From Candidatus Dormiibacterota bacterium (GTDB lineage: Bacteria; Chloroflexota; Dormibacteria; Aeolococcales; Aeolococcaceae), in NCBI GenBank assembly GCA_036833315.1, contig DAITPY010000008.1:1-50324 (forward strand): 50,324 nt of DNA, written 5' to 3'. Below, one piece after another: positions 1 through 8,321 of the stretch (its first letter is position 1; each line of letters begins with the position of its first letter). Under the pieces are notes generated by a model. That model saw only the letters and a list, made by a program, of their open reading frames with translations. It was not told the origin of the DNA and ran no database searches. Both the position numbers and the translations under genes were made by a program.

Positions 1-614
1 TTGGTGACCATGTACGCGGAGATGTAGCCCTTGTCGAACTGCATGCCCTCGACGAGCTCGAGCTCGGTCTCCAGGCCCTTCGACTCCTCGACAGTGATGA
101 CGCCGTCCTTGCCGACCTTCTCCATCGCGTCGGCGACGGTCTCGCCGATGGTGGGGTCAGCCGCGGAGATCGACGCGACCTGAGCGATCTTCTCGCGCTC
201 GGAGATCGGGATCGACTGCTCCTTGATGGCCTTGACGATCGCCTCAACGCCGAGCTCGATGCCCTTCTTGAGCTGGATCGGGTTGGCGCCGGCGGCCACG
301 TTCTGCAGGCCGGCTGCGATCAGGGCCTGGGCCAGAACGGTGGCGGTGGTGGTCCCGTCACCAGCGATGTCGTTGGTCTTGCTCGCCACTTCCTTGACCA
401 GCTGGGCGCCCATGTTCTCGAAGGGCTCCTCGAGCTCGATCTCCTTGGCGATCGTGACTCCGTCGTTGGTGATGGTCGGCGAGCCGAACTTCTTGTCCAG
501 CACGACGTTCCGGCCCTTGGGGCCGATGGTGATCTTGACCGCGTCGGCGACCCGATCAACCCCTCGTTTGAGATGGGCTCGAGCCTCGACGTCGAATAGC
601 AACTGCTTGGCCAT
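1..614 (-). CDS. groEL: Chaperonin GroEL, 5' part (truncated by window edge)
   Basis: Manual translation from ATG 614: [20 protein letters not shown]...[22 protein letters not shown]...[13 protein letters not shown]...[19 protein letters not shown] upstream. Not in the ORF track because the stop lies outside the window. Confidence 0.98.
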   Translation of the reverse strand, partial: MAKQLLFDVEARAHLKRGVDRVADAVKITIGPKGRNVVLDKKFGSPTITNDGVTIAKEIELEEPFENMGAQLVKEVASKTNDIAGDGTTTATVLAQALIAAGLQNVAAGANPIQLKKGIELGVEAIVKAIKEQSIPISEREKIAQVASISAADPTIGETVADAMEKVGKDGVITVEESKGLETELELVEGMQFDKGYISAYMVT

Positions 615-659
615 GGTTCCTCCTGGTATGTCCTCTAGCCGCGGGGTCCAGGGGACAGT

Positions 660-709
660 TTAGCACTCGGGCATGAGGACTGCTAGCGGGCCGCGGGGCC
701 GAGTGCTAA
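660..709. promoter_or_regulatory. Tandem overlapping CIRCE elements (HrcA operator) with groEL -10 TAAACT (662-657)
   Basis: TTAGCACTC(660-668)-N9-GACTGCTAG(678-686) and CTAGCGGGC(683-691)-N9-GAGTGCTAA(701-709). Outer arms match the consensus TTAGCACTC-N9-GAGTGCTAA exactly. Confidence 0.9.
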
Positions 710-716
710 GGATTGG

Positions 717-1394
717 TCATCGGCCGAGCACGACCCAGAGCGGTCCCTCCTCGGCCTTGCGGATCCAATCCCGTGCCCACTCGGGTAAAGCCTCCCATGA
801 CCCGGACTGCTCGACCTCGCGGCGCAGCGCCTCGAGCTCATCGCTGGTCGAGCCGATCTCGGCGAAGTTGCTCCGCAGTGCGCGTTCGACCCGGAACTTC
901 AGCCCGGGCCCGGTCTCGACGTGCGTGGTGCGCCGCTTCTCGTGACGTCCGCCATCCGGTGCGAAGGGCGACGCTTTCGGCGAGCGCCCCGATGGGCCTG
1001 CGAGCGCGCGGACCGCCTGGACGTCTGTGATCACCGACACGCTCGTGGGCGGCGATCCGTATGCCCCCGAGTGCAGCCTCAGATACAGGTCCGCCGAGTA
1101 CGGCGCACTCTGCGCGAGGTCGTCGCAGATGTAGTTGCGCTCGGGACCGCCATGCGTGAACCCGAGGCCAGCGAGTAACGCGCGCGCTTCCGCGCTGAGC
1201 GGTCGACGTGCATCGAAGACATCCCATTCGCGTGAGCCGACTTCGCCGTAGAGGACACGCTGGTTGAGCTTGAGCTGGATGAACTCGTCCGCCGCGTCGC
1301 CATTCTCGAGGATGACGAACTGCGACTCGATCGCGAAGTCGAGGAAGCACTGGAGGATGTGGGTCACCGAACGCCTGAGATCGTCGATCAGCAT
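717..1394 (-). CDS. Hypothetical protein; N-terminal part weakly resembles a YbjN/T3SS-chaperone-like (TY-Chap) fold
   Basis: 225-aa ORF whose start overlaps the upstream stop by 1 nt. Pattern FVILE..FIQL..LYGEV..LAGLGF..NY. The fold call is by eye only. Confidence 0.55.
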   Translation of the reverse strand: MLIDDLRRSVTHILQCFLDFAIESQFVILENGDAADEFIQLKLNQRVLYGEVGSREWDVFDARRPLSAEARALLAGLGFTHGGPERNYICDDLAQSAPYSADLYLRLHSGAYGSPPTSVSVITDVQAVRALAGPSGRSPKASPFAPDGGRHEKRRTTHVETGPGLKFRVERALRSNFAEIGSTSDELEALRREVEQSGSWEALPEWARDWIRKAEEGPLWVVLGR

Positions 1395-2668
1395 CAGGCC
1401 ACCTCGCGAGGCGCCGCTGCGATCTCCGCCACGTTTCCTTCGATGGCCACGACACGGTCGATGACACCCTGACGCAGTGCCTCGAGCCCATTGCGCACAT
1501 CGCCCGTGGTGGTCGATATGGAGGTGAGCTTCGCCTTCATCCCCTGGATGGTGTTGAGCTGAGCGCGGATACCTTCGAGATCACGCCGCACGGCGGCTGC
1601 GTCGACGACGTTGACCCGATCGCGCACTGCGGCGAGCGCCAGCACCCGAGCCACGCGCACCGCGGCGGTGAGCGCGGTGTCATCGGGGTCGTCCGGCTCG
1701 AACTCGCAGATGATGTGCTCCCCGTGGAGCGTGAACGGCGCGCACCCCGCCGGCGCATTCCCCGCGCGGTACACGGCGACAGCTACCACGGCGCCGCGAT
1801 TGCGCCGCGTCTCATCGAGGTCGCGGCAGAGCTTGGCAAGTCCGACGCGGCCACTCTTGGCCTCGACCGCGACACGAACTGGGAGCCCCCGAGTCCAGGA
1901 CGGATCGAGAGTGATCAGGAAGTCGCCCTTGCGGCCGCGCACACTGTTACCGACGGCTGTGCCGGTGGGCTCGACAAGGTCGCCCGTGCCGCGCAACAGC
2001 ACATCGAGCCGAGCCTCGACTTCGTCCTCGAAGTCCTGTCCCTTGGCGGTGCCCTTGTCGCGCTCATCGGCGCGAGCGTCACGGGCGGCCTCGAGCCGCA
2101 CCAGACGATCGCTGACATCCTTCAGCAGGACCTGCACCTCGGTGCGAAACCCGTGCAGAGGACTGTCCGCGCGACGCGGGTCGAGCATCCTGCTGACGAT
2201 CGCGCCATCACCGTCGAAGTAACCGCCGAGGAGGGTGCGCATGCGTCCGATCGCGCTGTCGCGGCGCTCCTCGTCGAAGAGATCGTCGACCAGACGGCGC
2301 AGGGTGCCGTGGTCGCCCAGAAAACGCTCGAGCGTCAAGGGCAATGTGCCGTTTTTGGCCGCAAACGTCTCTCGAAGTGCGACGTCGAGCGCCGCGGCCG
2401 CCCGGTCGTGCGACTCGTCGGTGCGATGCATGAGCCGCTCGAACTCCCGGGCGACGAAATCGACGTTGAGCGTCACACCCGCATTGCGCAATGCGATGAG
2501 GCCAACCTTCAGCCCGCGCTCGACCACGGCCGGGCGGTCGACCTCCGGATGCTCGCACACGTAGGCAGCCAGTTCGGCGTCGTGCAGAGAGAGACCCGTG
2601 ACGGCGATGTTGTCACCCTCGATGCGAACGTCGCAGCCGAGGGAGATGGGTTCTACCTTCCTGAGCAT
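1394..2668 (-). CDS. Coiled-coil protein with PD-(D/E)XK nuclease domain (RmuC/DUF2130-like)
   Basis: KGQDFE...RKGDFLI...VAVEAK motif set, flanked by long helical regions; 424 aa. Confidence 0.7.
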   Translation of the reverse strand: MLRKVEPISLGCDVRIEGDNIAVTGLSLHDAELAAYVCEHPEVDRPAVVERGLKVGLIALRNAGVTLNVDFVAREFERLMHRTDESHDRAAAALDVALRETFAAKNGTLPLTLERFLGDHGTLRRLVDDLFDEERRDSAIGRMRTLLGGYFDGDGAIVSRMLDPRRADSPLHGFRTEVQVLLKDVSDRLVRLEAARDARADERDKGTAKGQDFEDEVEARLDVLLRGTGDLVEPTGTAVGNSVRGRKGDFLITLDPSWTRGLPVRVAVEAKSGRVGLAKLCRDLDETRRNRGAVVAVAVYRAGNAPAGCAPFTLHGEHIICEFEPDDPDDTALTAAVRVARVLALAAVRDRVNVVDAAAVRRDLEGIRAQLNTIQGMKAKLTSISTTTGDVRNGLEALRQGVIDRVVAIEGNVAEIAAAPREVA

Positions 2669-2765
2669 GGCCTTTCCTCACTTTCGCTACCCCGCCACGG
2701 ATCTCCGGGTCTGAGTGTCGCGTTCCCTCGCGACAGATGCCTGTCGCGGACTCACCAGTGAGGTT

Positions 2766-3157
2766 TCAGGCTGCCCGAACCACCTCGACCGCGTAACGTC
2801 CGAAGACAGGGTCAGCAGTCAAGATCGCGAGCGACTCGATCTGGGCTTGCGCGATCAAGAGGCGGTCGAATGGATCTCGATGATGGGTTGGGAGCGTGCC
2901 CACGCGAAGCGCATGAGCGTGCTCAACGGGCAGGCCAGTGACCCCACTTGAGCGCATCTGATCAGGAACCAGCGCCTCGGGTGGGGCGGGCAGGTCCAAT
3001 CGCCCGATAGCGAGCTTGATGACGATCTCCCACGAGCTGACCGCTGAAAGGAACAGCTGGTTGCGGCGATCCTCGACGAGCTCCCGGGCGGTCTTGCCGA
3101 GCCGCTGGGGGCGGCGATCATCCACAACCAGGCGTTGGTGTCCAGCAGCACTCTCAC
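2766..3157 (-). pseudogene. vapC: VapC PIN-domain toxin, frameshifted
   Basis: MRVLLDTNAWLWMIAAP is in one frame and QRLGKTARELVED...SAVSSWEIVIK...HRDPFDRLLIAQA in another. The break is at the G5 run 3107-3111; one extra base restores a 130-aa ORF. Confidence 0.85.
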
Positions 3158-3357
3158 CGGTAGAACGTGTCGACCAGGTCGTCCGGCAATGGCGCATCGA
3201 AGTCGTCCGCCACTCGGATCTCCGGGCAAGTGCCCAGCGGGCGTTTGCCCAGCTGATCGACCGGAACGAGTTTGGCGGCCGGTTGTCCGCCCCGAACGAT
3301 GAGGATCTCCGTTCCGGCATGCAGCAGGACATTTGGCGTAGTCGTGTTGGATTTCAC
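3154..3357 (-). CDS. vapB: Phd/YefM (VapB) antitoxin, N-terminally degenerate
   Basis: GTEILIVRGGQPAAKLVP...DDFDAPLP; GTGA overlap with the vapC start; lacks the usual EAKxxLS helix. Start GTG 3357 is tentative. Confidence 0.65.
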   Translation of the reverse strand: MKSNTTTPNVLLHAGTEILIVRGGQPAAKLVPVDQLGKRPLGTCPEIRVADDFDAPLPDDLVDTFYR

Positions 3358-3383
3358 TGCGGTAGATCTCGTACAATCGTGTC

Positions 3384-3716
3384 GTGACACAATCGTATGG
3401 GCTGCGCTCAACTGCCGCCTCAATCCTCGCCCTCGCGCGGCTGAAGGCCGGCCTTACTCAGCAACAACTCGGCGAGAGAGCCGGGGTCCCGGCGACGATG
3501 ATCTCGGCGTACGAGCGCGATCTGCGGCAGCCAACCCTTCCGACCCTGGAACGCCTGCTCGCGGCCGCAGGCCTCGAGCTTCGTCTTCATCTCGAGCGTC
3601 GCGACCCCCATGACGAGGTGCTCGCGAATCTTGAAGCCCGCCGATCGCCGGAAGAACGGAGACGACGCGACCAACAGATTGCGCTCTGGCGCAATGCAAC
3701 CTCGGTGAAACGCTGA
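3384..3716 (+). CDS. XRE-family HTH protein (probable antitoxin/regulator)
   Basis: LARLKAGLTQQQLGERAGVPATMISAYE HTH motif; TACAAT 6 nt before the GTG. Confidence 0.88.
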   Translation: MTQSYGLRSTAASILALARLKAGLTQQQLGERAGVPATMISAYERDLRQPTLPTLERLLAAAGLELRLHLERRDPHDEVLANLEARRSPEERRRRDQQIALWRNATSVKR

Positions 3717-3727
3717 GCCCGCGTCCA

Positions 3728-4255
3728 GTGGAACCAGTTTCGGAACCCCCGCTCAACGCCACGAGGATCGTCTCGATCCTCAACAAGCACGGTGTCCATT
3801 ACGTCGTTATCGGGGCCTTCGCGGCGATCGCACAGCGCGCACCGATACCGCCGACCAGAGACATCGACTTCACACCAGACGCGAGTCGCTCGAATCTCGA
3901 CAACCTTTCTGCGGCGCTGAAAGAGCTCAAGGCCCGCATCCGTACGGACGCCGTTGCAGGCGGGCTCGCCTTCGACCATGACGGAGCGTCACTGGCAGAC
4001 GCAATCGTCTGGAATCTCATCTGCCCCGATGGCGAATTCGACCTCTCGTTTGCGCCAGCGGCGTTTCCCGGCGGCTATGGCGACCTCGAGCCGCATGCTC
4101 ACCGCATGTCGATCGAGGGCGTCGAGATGCTTGTCGCAGACCTTGCGGATATCATCCGATCGAAGGAGGCGGCTGGTCGCCCGAAGGACCTACGAGCCCT
4201 GCCGGTGTTGTATCGGCACCTCGAGCAAGTGCAGACGGATGGCGATCGAATCTGA
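3728..4255 (+). CDS. Pol-beta superfamily nucleotidyltransferase (DUF6036/AbiEii-like), probable toxin
   Basis: VVIGAFAA...TRDIDF catalytic motif and C-terminal IRSKEAAGRPKD; lies 11 bp after the XRE gene. Confidence 0.8.
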   Translation: MEPVSEPPLNATRIVSILNKHGVHYVVIGAFAAIAQRAPIPPTRDIDFTPDASRSNLDNLSAALKELKARIRTDAVAGGLAFDHDGASLADAIVWNLICPDGEFDLSFAPAAFPGGYGDLEPHAHRMSIEGVEMLVADLADIIRSKEAAGRPKDLRALPVLYRHLEQVQTDGDRI

Positions 4256-4262
4256 CGACGCG

Positions 4263-4652
4263 TCAGGCCTGAATCTTCGTCCGCAAGCGCTCCACCGCCT
4301 CCGCGAGATCCCACACGGTTTCGAGCGCACCATTGAGCTCGCTCGCCGTCGGTGGCAGCTCGTATATCCGGTGATGGCACGCATTGGACAGGGTCTGCCA
4401 GGTCAGAGTCGCGCGTCCGCCCAGGTCGCGGTCGTTGAGCATCTCTCCAACACAGAGCAGTTGGCAGCGCGTCGATGTCCTCTCCAGCCCGGGCGCGGTC
4501 ACATCCCACAGCCGGGCCATCGCCAGCTCCAGTCCTTGTCGGGCGAGCAAGGCCGCAGCCCGCGGCCACAGGCCGGCGGTCGTGGCGTCGTCATTTCGTA
4601 CCAGATCGCGCGCCGCTGACACCAAGGCATGCGCGTCCACGGTTGCGTTCAT
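4263..4652 (-). CDS. Small helical protein with HEPN-like motifs
   Basis: 129 aa; ARQGLE (R-x3-E) and TLSNACHH (N-x3-H); begins 7 bp after the ATPase stop. Confidence 0.6.
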   Translation of the reverse strand: MNATVDAHALVSAARDLVRNDDATTAGLWPRAAALLARQGLELAMARLWDVTAPGLERTSTRCQLLCVGEMLNDRDLGGRATLTWQTLSNACHHRIYELPPTASELNGALETVWDLAEAVERLRTKIQA

Positions 4653-4659
4653 GCGGTGC

Positions 4660-7098
4660 TCAACGGTCAGGGAGCATGGTCTTGGTCAGACGCTCGACGC
4701 TGCGGATGAATCCGACAACGTCGCCGATCACTCTCCCGCTGTGGGTACCGCGGTTGCACTCCTTGACGGCGTCGACCGCCCAGGGATACTGCCTCTGGAG
4801 GAACGCGGTGACATCGCCGCTGCGCTCCGCATCATCGAGGAGCGCGAGCGCCAGCCACATGTTCAAGGTCGTCGGCGTGGCCAGCGTCGCCTGCACCTCC
4901 GCATACGCGTTGCCCTGATGGAGCAGGCGGCGTGTGGCCGCAAGCGAGGACGCAGCTTCGAGCGCGAGCCTGCAGAAACCGGGGATCACGCGCATCGCCT
5001 CAACGGGAACGTCCCGGCTCTTCGCAACCGCGAACGCATCGTCGATGTAACGCTGCACCGGATCCTGGATGCGGCGCAGCTCCACCACGGATTGCTCGCG
5101 CCGCACCACCTCGATCACCGTGGCGGCGATGTCGAGCGCGCGCATCGCGTCCGCAAGCCGTGTGTCATGCGTGAGCACGATGACCTGGCGTTCCCTGGCC
5201 GCCCGCGCAAGCACCGTGGCGAGGCCGGCCACCTTGGCCGGATCCATGGCCTGCACCGGGTCGTCAATGACCACGAAGCGAAACGGCGATTCGGGCATCG
5301 AGGCACGTGGAAGGAACAGCGACAGCGCAAGGCAGTTCAGCTCCCCCTGGCTCATGACGCCGAGCGCCGAACCGTTCTCGCCGTCCACCTTGACGTCGAG
5401 CGAAAGGCGGCGCTGCGCCGCGGCGCCGAGCAGGCGCAGCTCACCGAGCGATACGTTGCTGTCCTGACGCAACTCGGTCCAGTTCTCCTGCACCGCGCCC
5501 GCGATCGGCCGGAAGCGTTCGTCGCGAAGCTCGTCGTGGGCATCCCTGAGCCAGCGCTCCGCCTCCTTGAGCCGGGCCACCTCGCGCTCGGCCTCCTGCG
5601 CCCTGCGCCCGAGCGGCAGCCAGAGCACGATCGCGTCTGCGGCTGGTCGCCAGGCGCGCTCCAGGCGCTCGAGCTCCGCCGCCGCCGCTCTGCGAAGATC
5701 GGCCACTGCGGCGATGAGCTGCGGCCCGTGGGTGTCGAGATGACTGGCCAGCACGATAGGGTCATCATCGGCAGCAACTGCCGACCACCGCTCCCAGAGC
5801 TCGACCACCGGCGCGACGTCCACACCCGCACCGGCACCGTCGCGCAACGCCACCGGCGGCGCGGTCACGAGCTGGCGCGACTGGCGCATGGCGTTGCCGA
5901 GCATATCGCCGGCTTTGCGGACCGCTTCGGCATCGGCACGCAGCGCGGTCACCTGGTCGCGCGCCTGCACTCGCCACTGATATGTCAGCACGCCCTCGGT
6001 CCCGCACACCGGGCAGCGCTCTCCCTCCGCGTGCGCGTGCACATCCAATGCCTGCTGGAGGAGCGACGCCAGCTCGTGTGCGCGGCCGGCGTCGGTGCCT
6101 CGCAATTTCTCAGCTGCGCTTGCGGCGTCACGCAGCTCGGTGGTCGTCGCGTTGAGCTTCACACGGTCCAGCACCGGCAGCCCGGCGAGATCGCGCAATT
6201 TGCGAAGCACGCTGCGCTCGTCGCCGGCGGCGGTGCCGTCCACGGTGCTCGCGACCGTCTCGAGGTCCCAGGTCTTCGCCGCCAGCGCGGCCCGAACCAC
6301 TTCGGCTCGCCCATCGGTGGTGCGCTCGAGCAGCGCGCGCAGAGCCGGCAACGCATCCCGCGCCGCCTTCACGGCGTGCTCGCGCTCCAGCCGCGCGTCG
6401 CGGAGCCTCACCTGCGCGGCGGCCAGATCACCGAGCCCGAGGATGCCCGCAAGTGCGTCGTAGAGCTTTGACTGCTCACGGTCGAGCGCGTGCTCGAGCT
6501 CGTTGTGCGAGAGCAACGGCGGATATCCCGCGAGCTGCTGCCCCCACCCCAGCGCGTTCGGCGGAGCGGGTTTCCCATCCACGGTCAGCGTCGAGCCGTC
6601 CACACCGTCGCCGTCCTTCCAGACCCGAGCAACATCGAGCGGCTGTCTGCGCCCGTCGACGGCGAACCTCGCGGCCACACGGGTGTGCCGGTGATGGAGG
6701 TTCTGCCATCCGTCGCGCCACACCTTGACCCGTTGCTCCCAGCGCTGATTGGTGCCCAGCAAGACCATCTCGAGCGCTTCCGAGAACGACGACTTGCCTG
6801 AACCGTTGCGACCGACCACGAGCGTCAGACCGGGTCCGGGATCGATCCTCAGGGTGGCCGGCGGACCTATGCCCCGAAAACCCTCGACCTCGACGGCGGT
6901 GAGGTACACCGCCGCCGGTACGGGCGCATCCGCGCCGCCCACACCGACCGTTGCAGCCCGACCGGGCTCGCCGCGGAGCACCGCTTCGACCGAATCCGCG
7001 CCCTGGAACGCGGCGAGCACGAGATCTCCGGCTCCGCCGGCGGGCGGGTTCCCCTCGATCCGGCCGACAACCAGCCCGAGCAGCGCGGTGTCAGGCAT
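4660..7098 (-). CDS. Rad50/SbcC/RloC-like ABC ATPase with zinc hook and C-terminal HEPN-like domain
   Basis: Walker A GRNGSGKS, CPVC hook (6004-6015), signature MSQGE, Walker B/D-loop VVIDDPVQAMD, H-loop LTHD; tail contains CRLALE and KECNRGTH. Confidence 0.88.
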   Translation of the reverse strand: MPDTALLGLVVGRIEGNPPAGGAGDLVLAAFQGADSVEAVLRGEPGRAATVGVGGADAPVPAAVYLTAVEVEGFRGIGPPATLRIDPGPGLTLVVGRNGSGKSSFSEALEMVLLGTNQRWEQRVKVWRDGWQNLHHRHTRVAARFAVDGRRQPLDVARVWKDGDGVDGSTLTVDGKPAPPNALGWGQQLAGYPPLLSHNELEHALDREQSKLYDALAGILGLGDLAAAQVRLRDARLEREHAVKAARDALPALRALLERTTDGRAEVVRAALAAKTWDLETVASTVDGTAAGDERSVLRKLRDLAGLPVLDRVKLNATTTELRDAASAAEKLRGTDAGRAHELASLLQQALDVHAHAEGERCPVCGTEGVLTYQWRVQARDQVTALRADAEAVRKAGDMLGNAMRQSRQLVTAPPVALRDGAGAGVDVAPVVELWERWSAVAADDDPIVLASHLDTHGPQLIAAVADLRRAAAAELERLERAWRPAADAIVLWLPLGRRAQEAEREVARLKEAERWLRDAHDELRDERFRPIAGAVQENWTELRQDSNVSLGELRLLGAAAQRRLSLDVKVDGENGSALGVMSQGELNCLALSLFLPRASMPESPFRFVVIDDPVQAMDPAKVAGLATVLARAARERQVIVLTHDTRLADAMRALDIAATVIEVVRREQSVVELRRIQDPVQRYIDDAFAVAKSRDVPVEAMRVIPGFCRLALEAASSLAATRRLLHQGNAYAEVQATLATPTTLNMWLALALLDDAERSGDVTAFLQRQYPWAVDAVKECNRGTHSGRVIGDVVGFIRSVERLTKTMLPDR

Positions 7099-7606
7099 CG
7101 GGTGCCGAGTTGGGAGCCCTTGGCGAGGTGACGCGCTTCAGGACGATCTCGTCGGGCGTCCTCCCGTGATCCACGAAGTAGGTGGCGCGGGTCCCGTCCT
7201 TCTCGAGGTGCACCAGTGACCCGACCTTGAACGTGTCGGCGGGCATGGTCAGCGGAGGAGTCCGCCGGCGCTGGAGCACCTGGGGCGGCGGCGGCGCAGC
7301 AGCTGGCGCCGGCGAGGGCGCGGTCGGGGCGGGCGCCGGTGCGGTCGTCGTCGCCTGGTGCTGGCGGACGTGTTGGCGGTGGACGGTCACTCCGACCGCG
7401 ATCGCGGTCAGCACGAGCACCGGAACGCTTATGTACCAGTGGGTGATGCCGAGCACCAGCACGACACCCAAGACCACGTAGCCGGCGCATCCGATCCCTC
7501 CGGTGGCTCGCGCCGCCTGCCGAACCGCGTGGTGCGGTCGCCTGGCGTACGTCGAGACGCCGCCCCAGAATCCGCCCGGGAGCCGGTGACCGAGATAGAA
7601 GCGCAC
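7091..7606 (-). CDS. Hypothetical membrane protein (two hydrophobic segments, Pro/Ala linker, small C-terminal domain)
   Basis: GTG 7606 gives MRFYLGHRLPGGFWGG...YVVLGVVLVLGITHWYISVPVLVLTAIAVGV. The stop overlaps the ATPase start (ATGCCTGA). Confidence 0.65.
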   Translation of the reverse strand: MRFYLGHRLPGGFWGGVSTYARRPHHAVRQAARATGGIGCAGYVVLGVVLVLGITHWYISVPVLVLTAIAVGVTVHRQHVRQHQATTTAPAPAPTAPSPAPAAAPPPPQVLQRRRTPPLTMPADTFKVGSLVHLEKDGTRATYFVDHGRTPDEIVLKRVTSPRAPNSAPDA

Positions 7607-7669
7607 GCGCCATTCTCGCTCCCGCGCACCGGGCCGCTCCGGCGGCGGACCGGACCCCACAATGGCGAC

Positions 7670-8278
7670 GTGCCCGATCGATCTGACTCTGCTCCACTGC
7701 TGACCGATCGCTTCGCACGAGCCTTCAGCCTTGCGTGGGAGGTCCACGGCCGGCAGTTGCGCAAGAAGACCGGCATCCCCTACATGGCGCATGTGATGTC
7801 GGTGTGCGCCCTCGCTCTCGAGCACGGCGCCGATGAGGACGTCGCCATCGCCGCACTCCTGCACGACACCGTCGAGGACTCGGTCGACGGCGCGTCAACC
7901 CACCGGCGCATTGACGCCGAGTTCGGGGAACGGGTGGCCGGCATCGTCATGGCCTGCAGTGATGCGGTCGCCGTCCCCGGCGCTCCCAAGCCGCCTTGGC
8001 GCGAGCGAAAGGAAAACTACCTTCGTCACCTCGACACCGATGCCGGCGCCGATGTTCTCCTCGTGTCAGCCTGCGACAAGCTCCACAACGCGAGCTCGAT
8101 ACTCGCTGACCTCCGTGTCGAGGGTGACGATGTCTGGCAGCGATTCACGGTCACGGACCCCCATGAGCAACTCTGGTACTACACCAGCGTCGTCGAGATC
8201 CTCCAGCGGCGCCTCCCCGGTCCGTTGACCGACGAGCTCGCTCAGGTCGTCAAGGAGATGGAAGCCCGCGTGCCCTGA
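7670..8278 (+). CDS. HD-domain hydrolase, small alarmone hydrolase (Mesh1/SpoT-HD-like)
   Basis: RKKTGIPYMAH...ALLHDTVED...CDKLHN. Start reassigned to GTG 7670 (CACAAT-N6-GTG). Confidence 0.88.
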   Translation: MPDRSDSAPLLTDRFARAFSLAWEVHGRQLRKKTGIPYMAHVMSVCALALEHGADEDVAIAALLHDTVEDSVDGASTHRRIDAEFGERVAGIVMACSDAVAVPGAPKPPWRERKENYLRHLDTDAGADVLLVSACDKLHNASSILADLRVEGDDVWQRFTVTDPHEQLWYYTSVVEILQRRLPGPLTDELAQVVKEMEARVP

Positions 8279-8321
8279 CGCGACACTGCGGCCGCGGCAG
8301 CGGCGCATATGATGCGCGCCG

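Noticed and set aside
2729-2748. Inverted repeat CGCGACAG-N4-CTGTCGCG between vapC and the nuclease gene
   Set aside because: Single copy with no U-tract; cannot distinguish terminator, operator or chance.
4384-6471. Long plus-strand ORF (695 aa); likewise 19654-21075, 25550-28090, 48697-50283 and many shorter ones
   Set aside because: Antisense shadows of well-supported genes in GC-rich DNA; Arg/Ala/Gly-rich with no motifs.
4660-7098. SbcC of an SbcCD pair, or a Wadjet/Lamassu subunit
   Set aside because: No SbcD phosphoesterase, JetABD or recognisable LmuA effector is adjacent; the DDP Walker B and HEPN-like tail fit RloC-like proteins better.
7260-7350. Repetitive GC-rich tracts (also 35560-35700 and 45690-45770)
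   Set aside because: They encode Pro/Ala/Thr/Ser low-complexity linkers and are not CRISPR or tandem DNA repeats.
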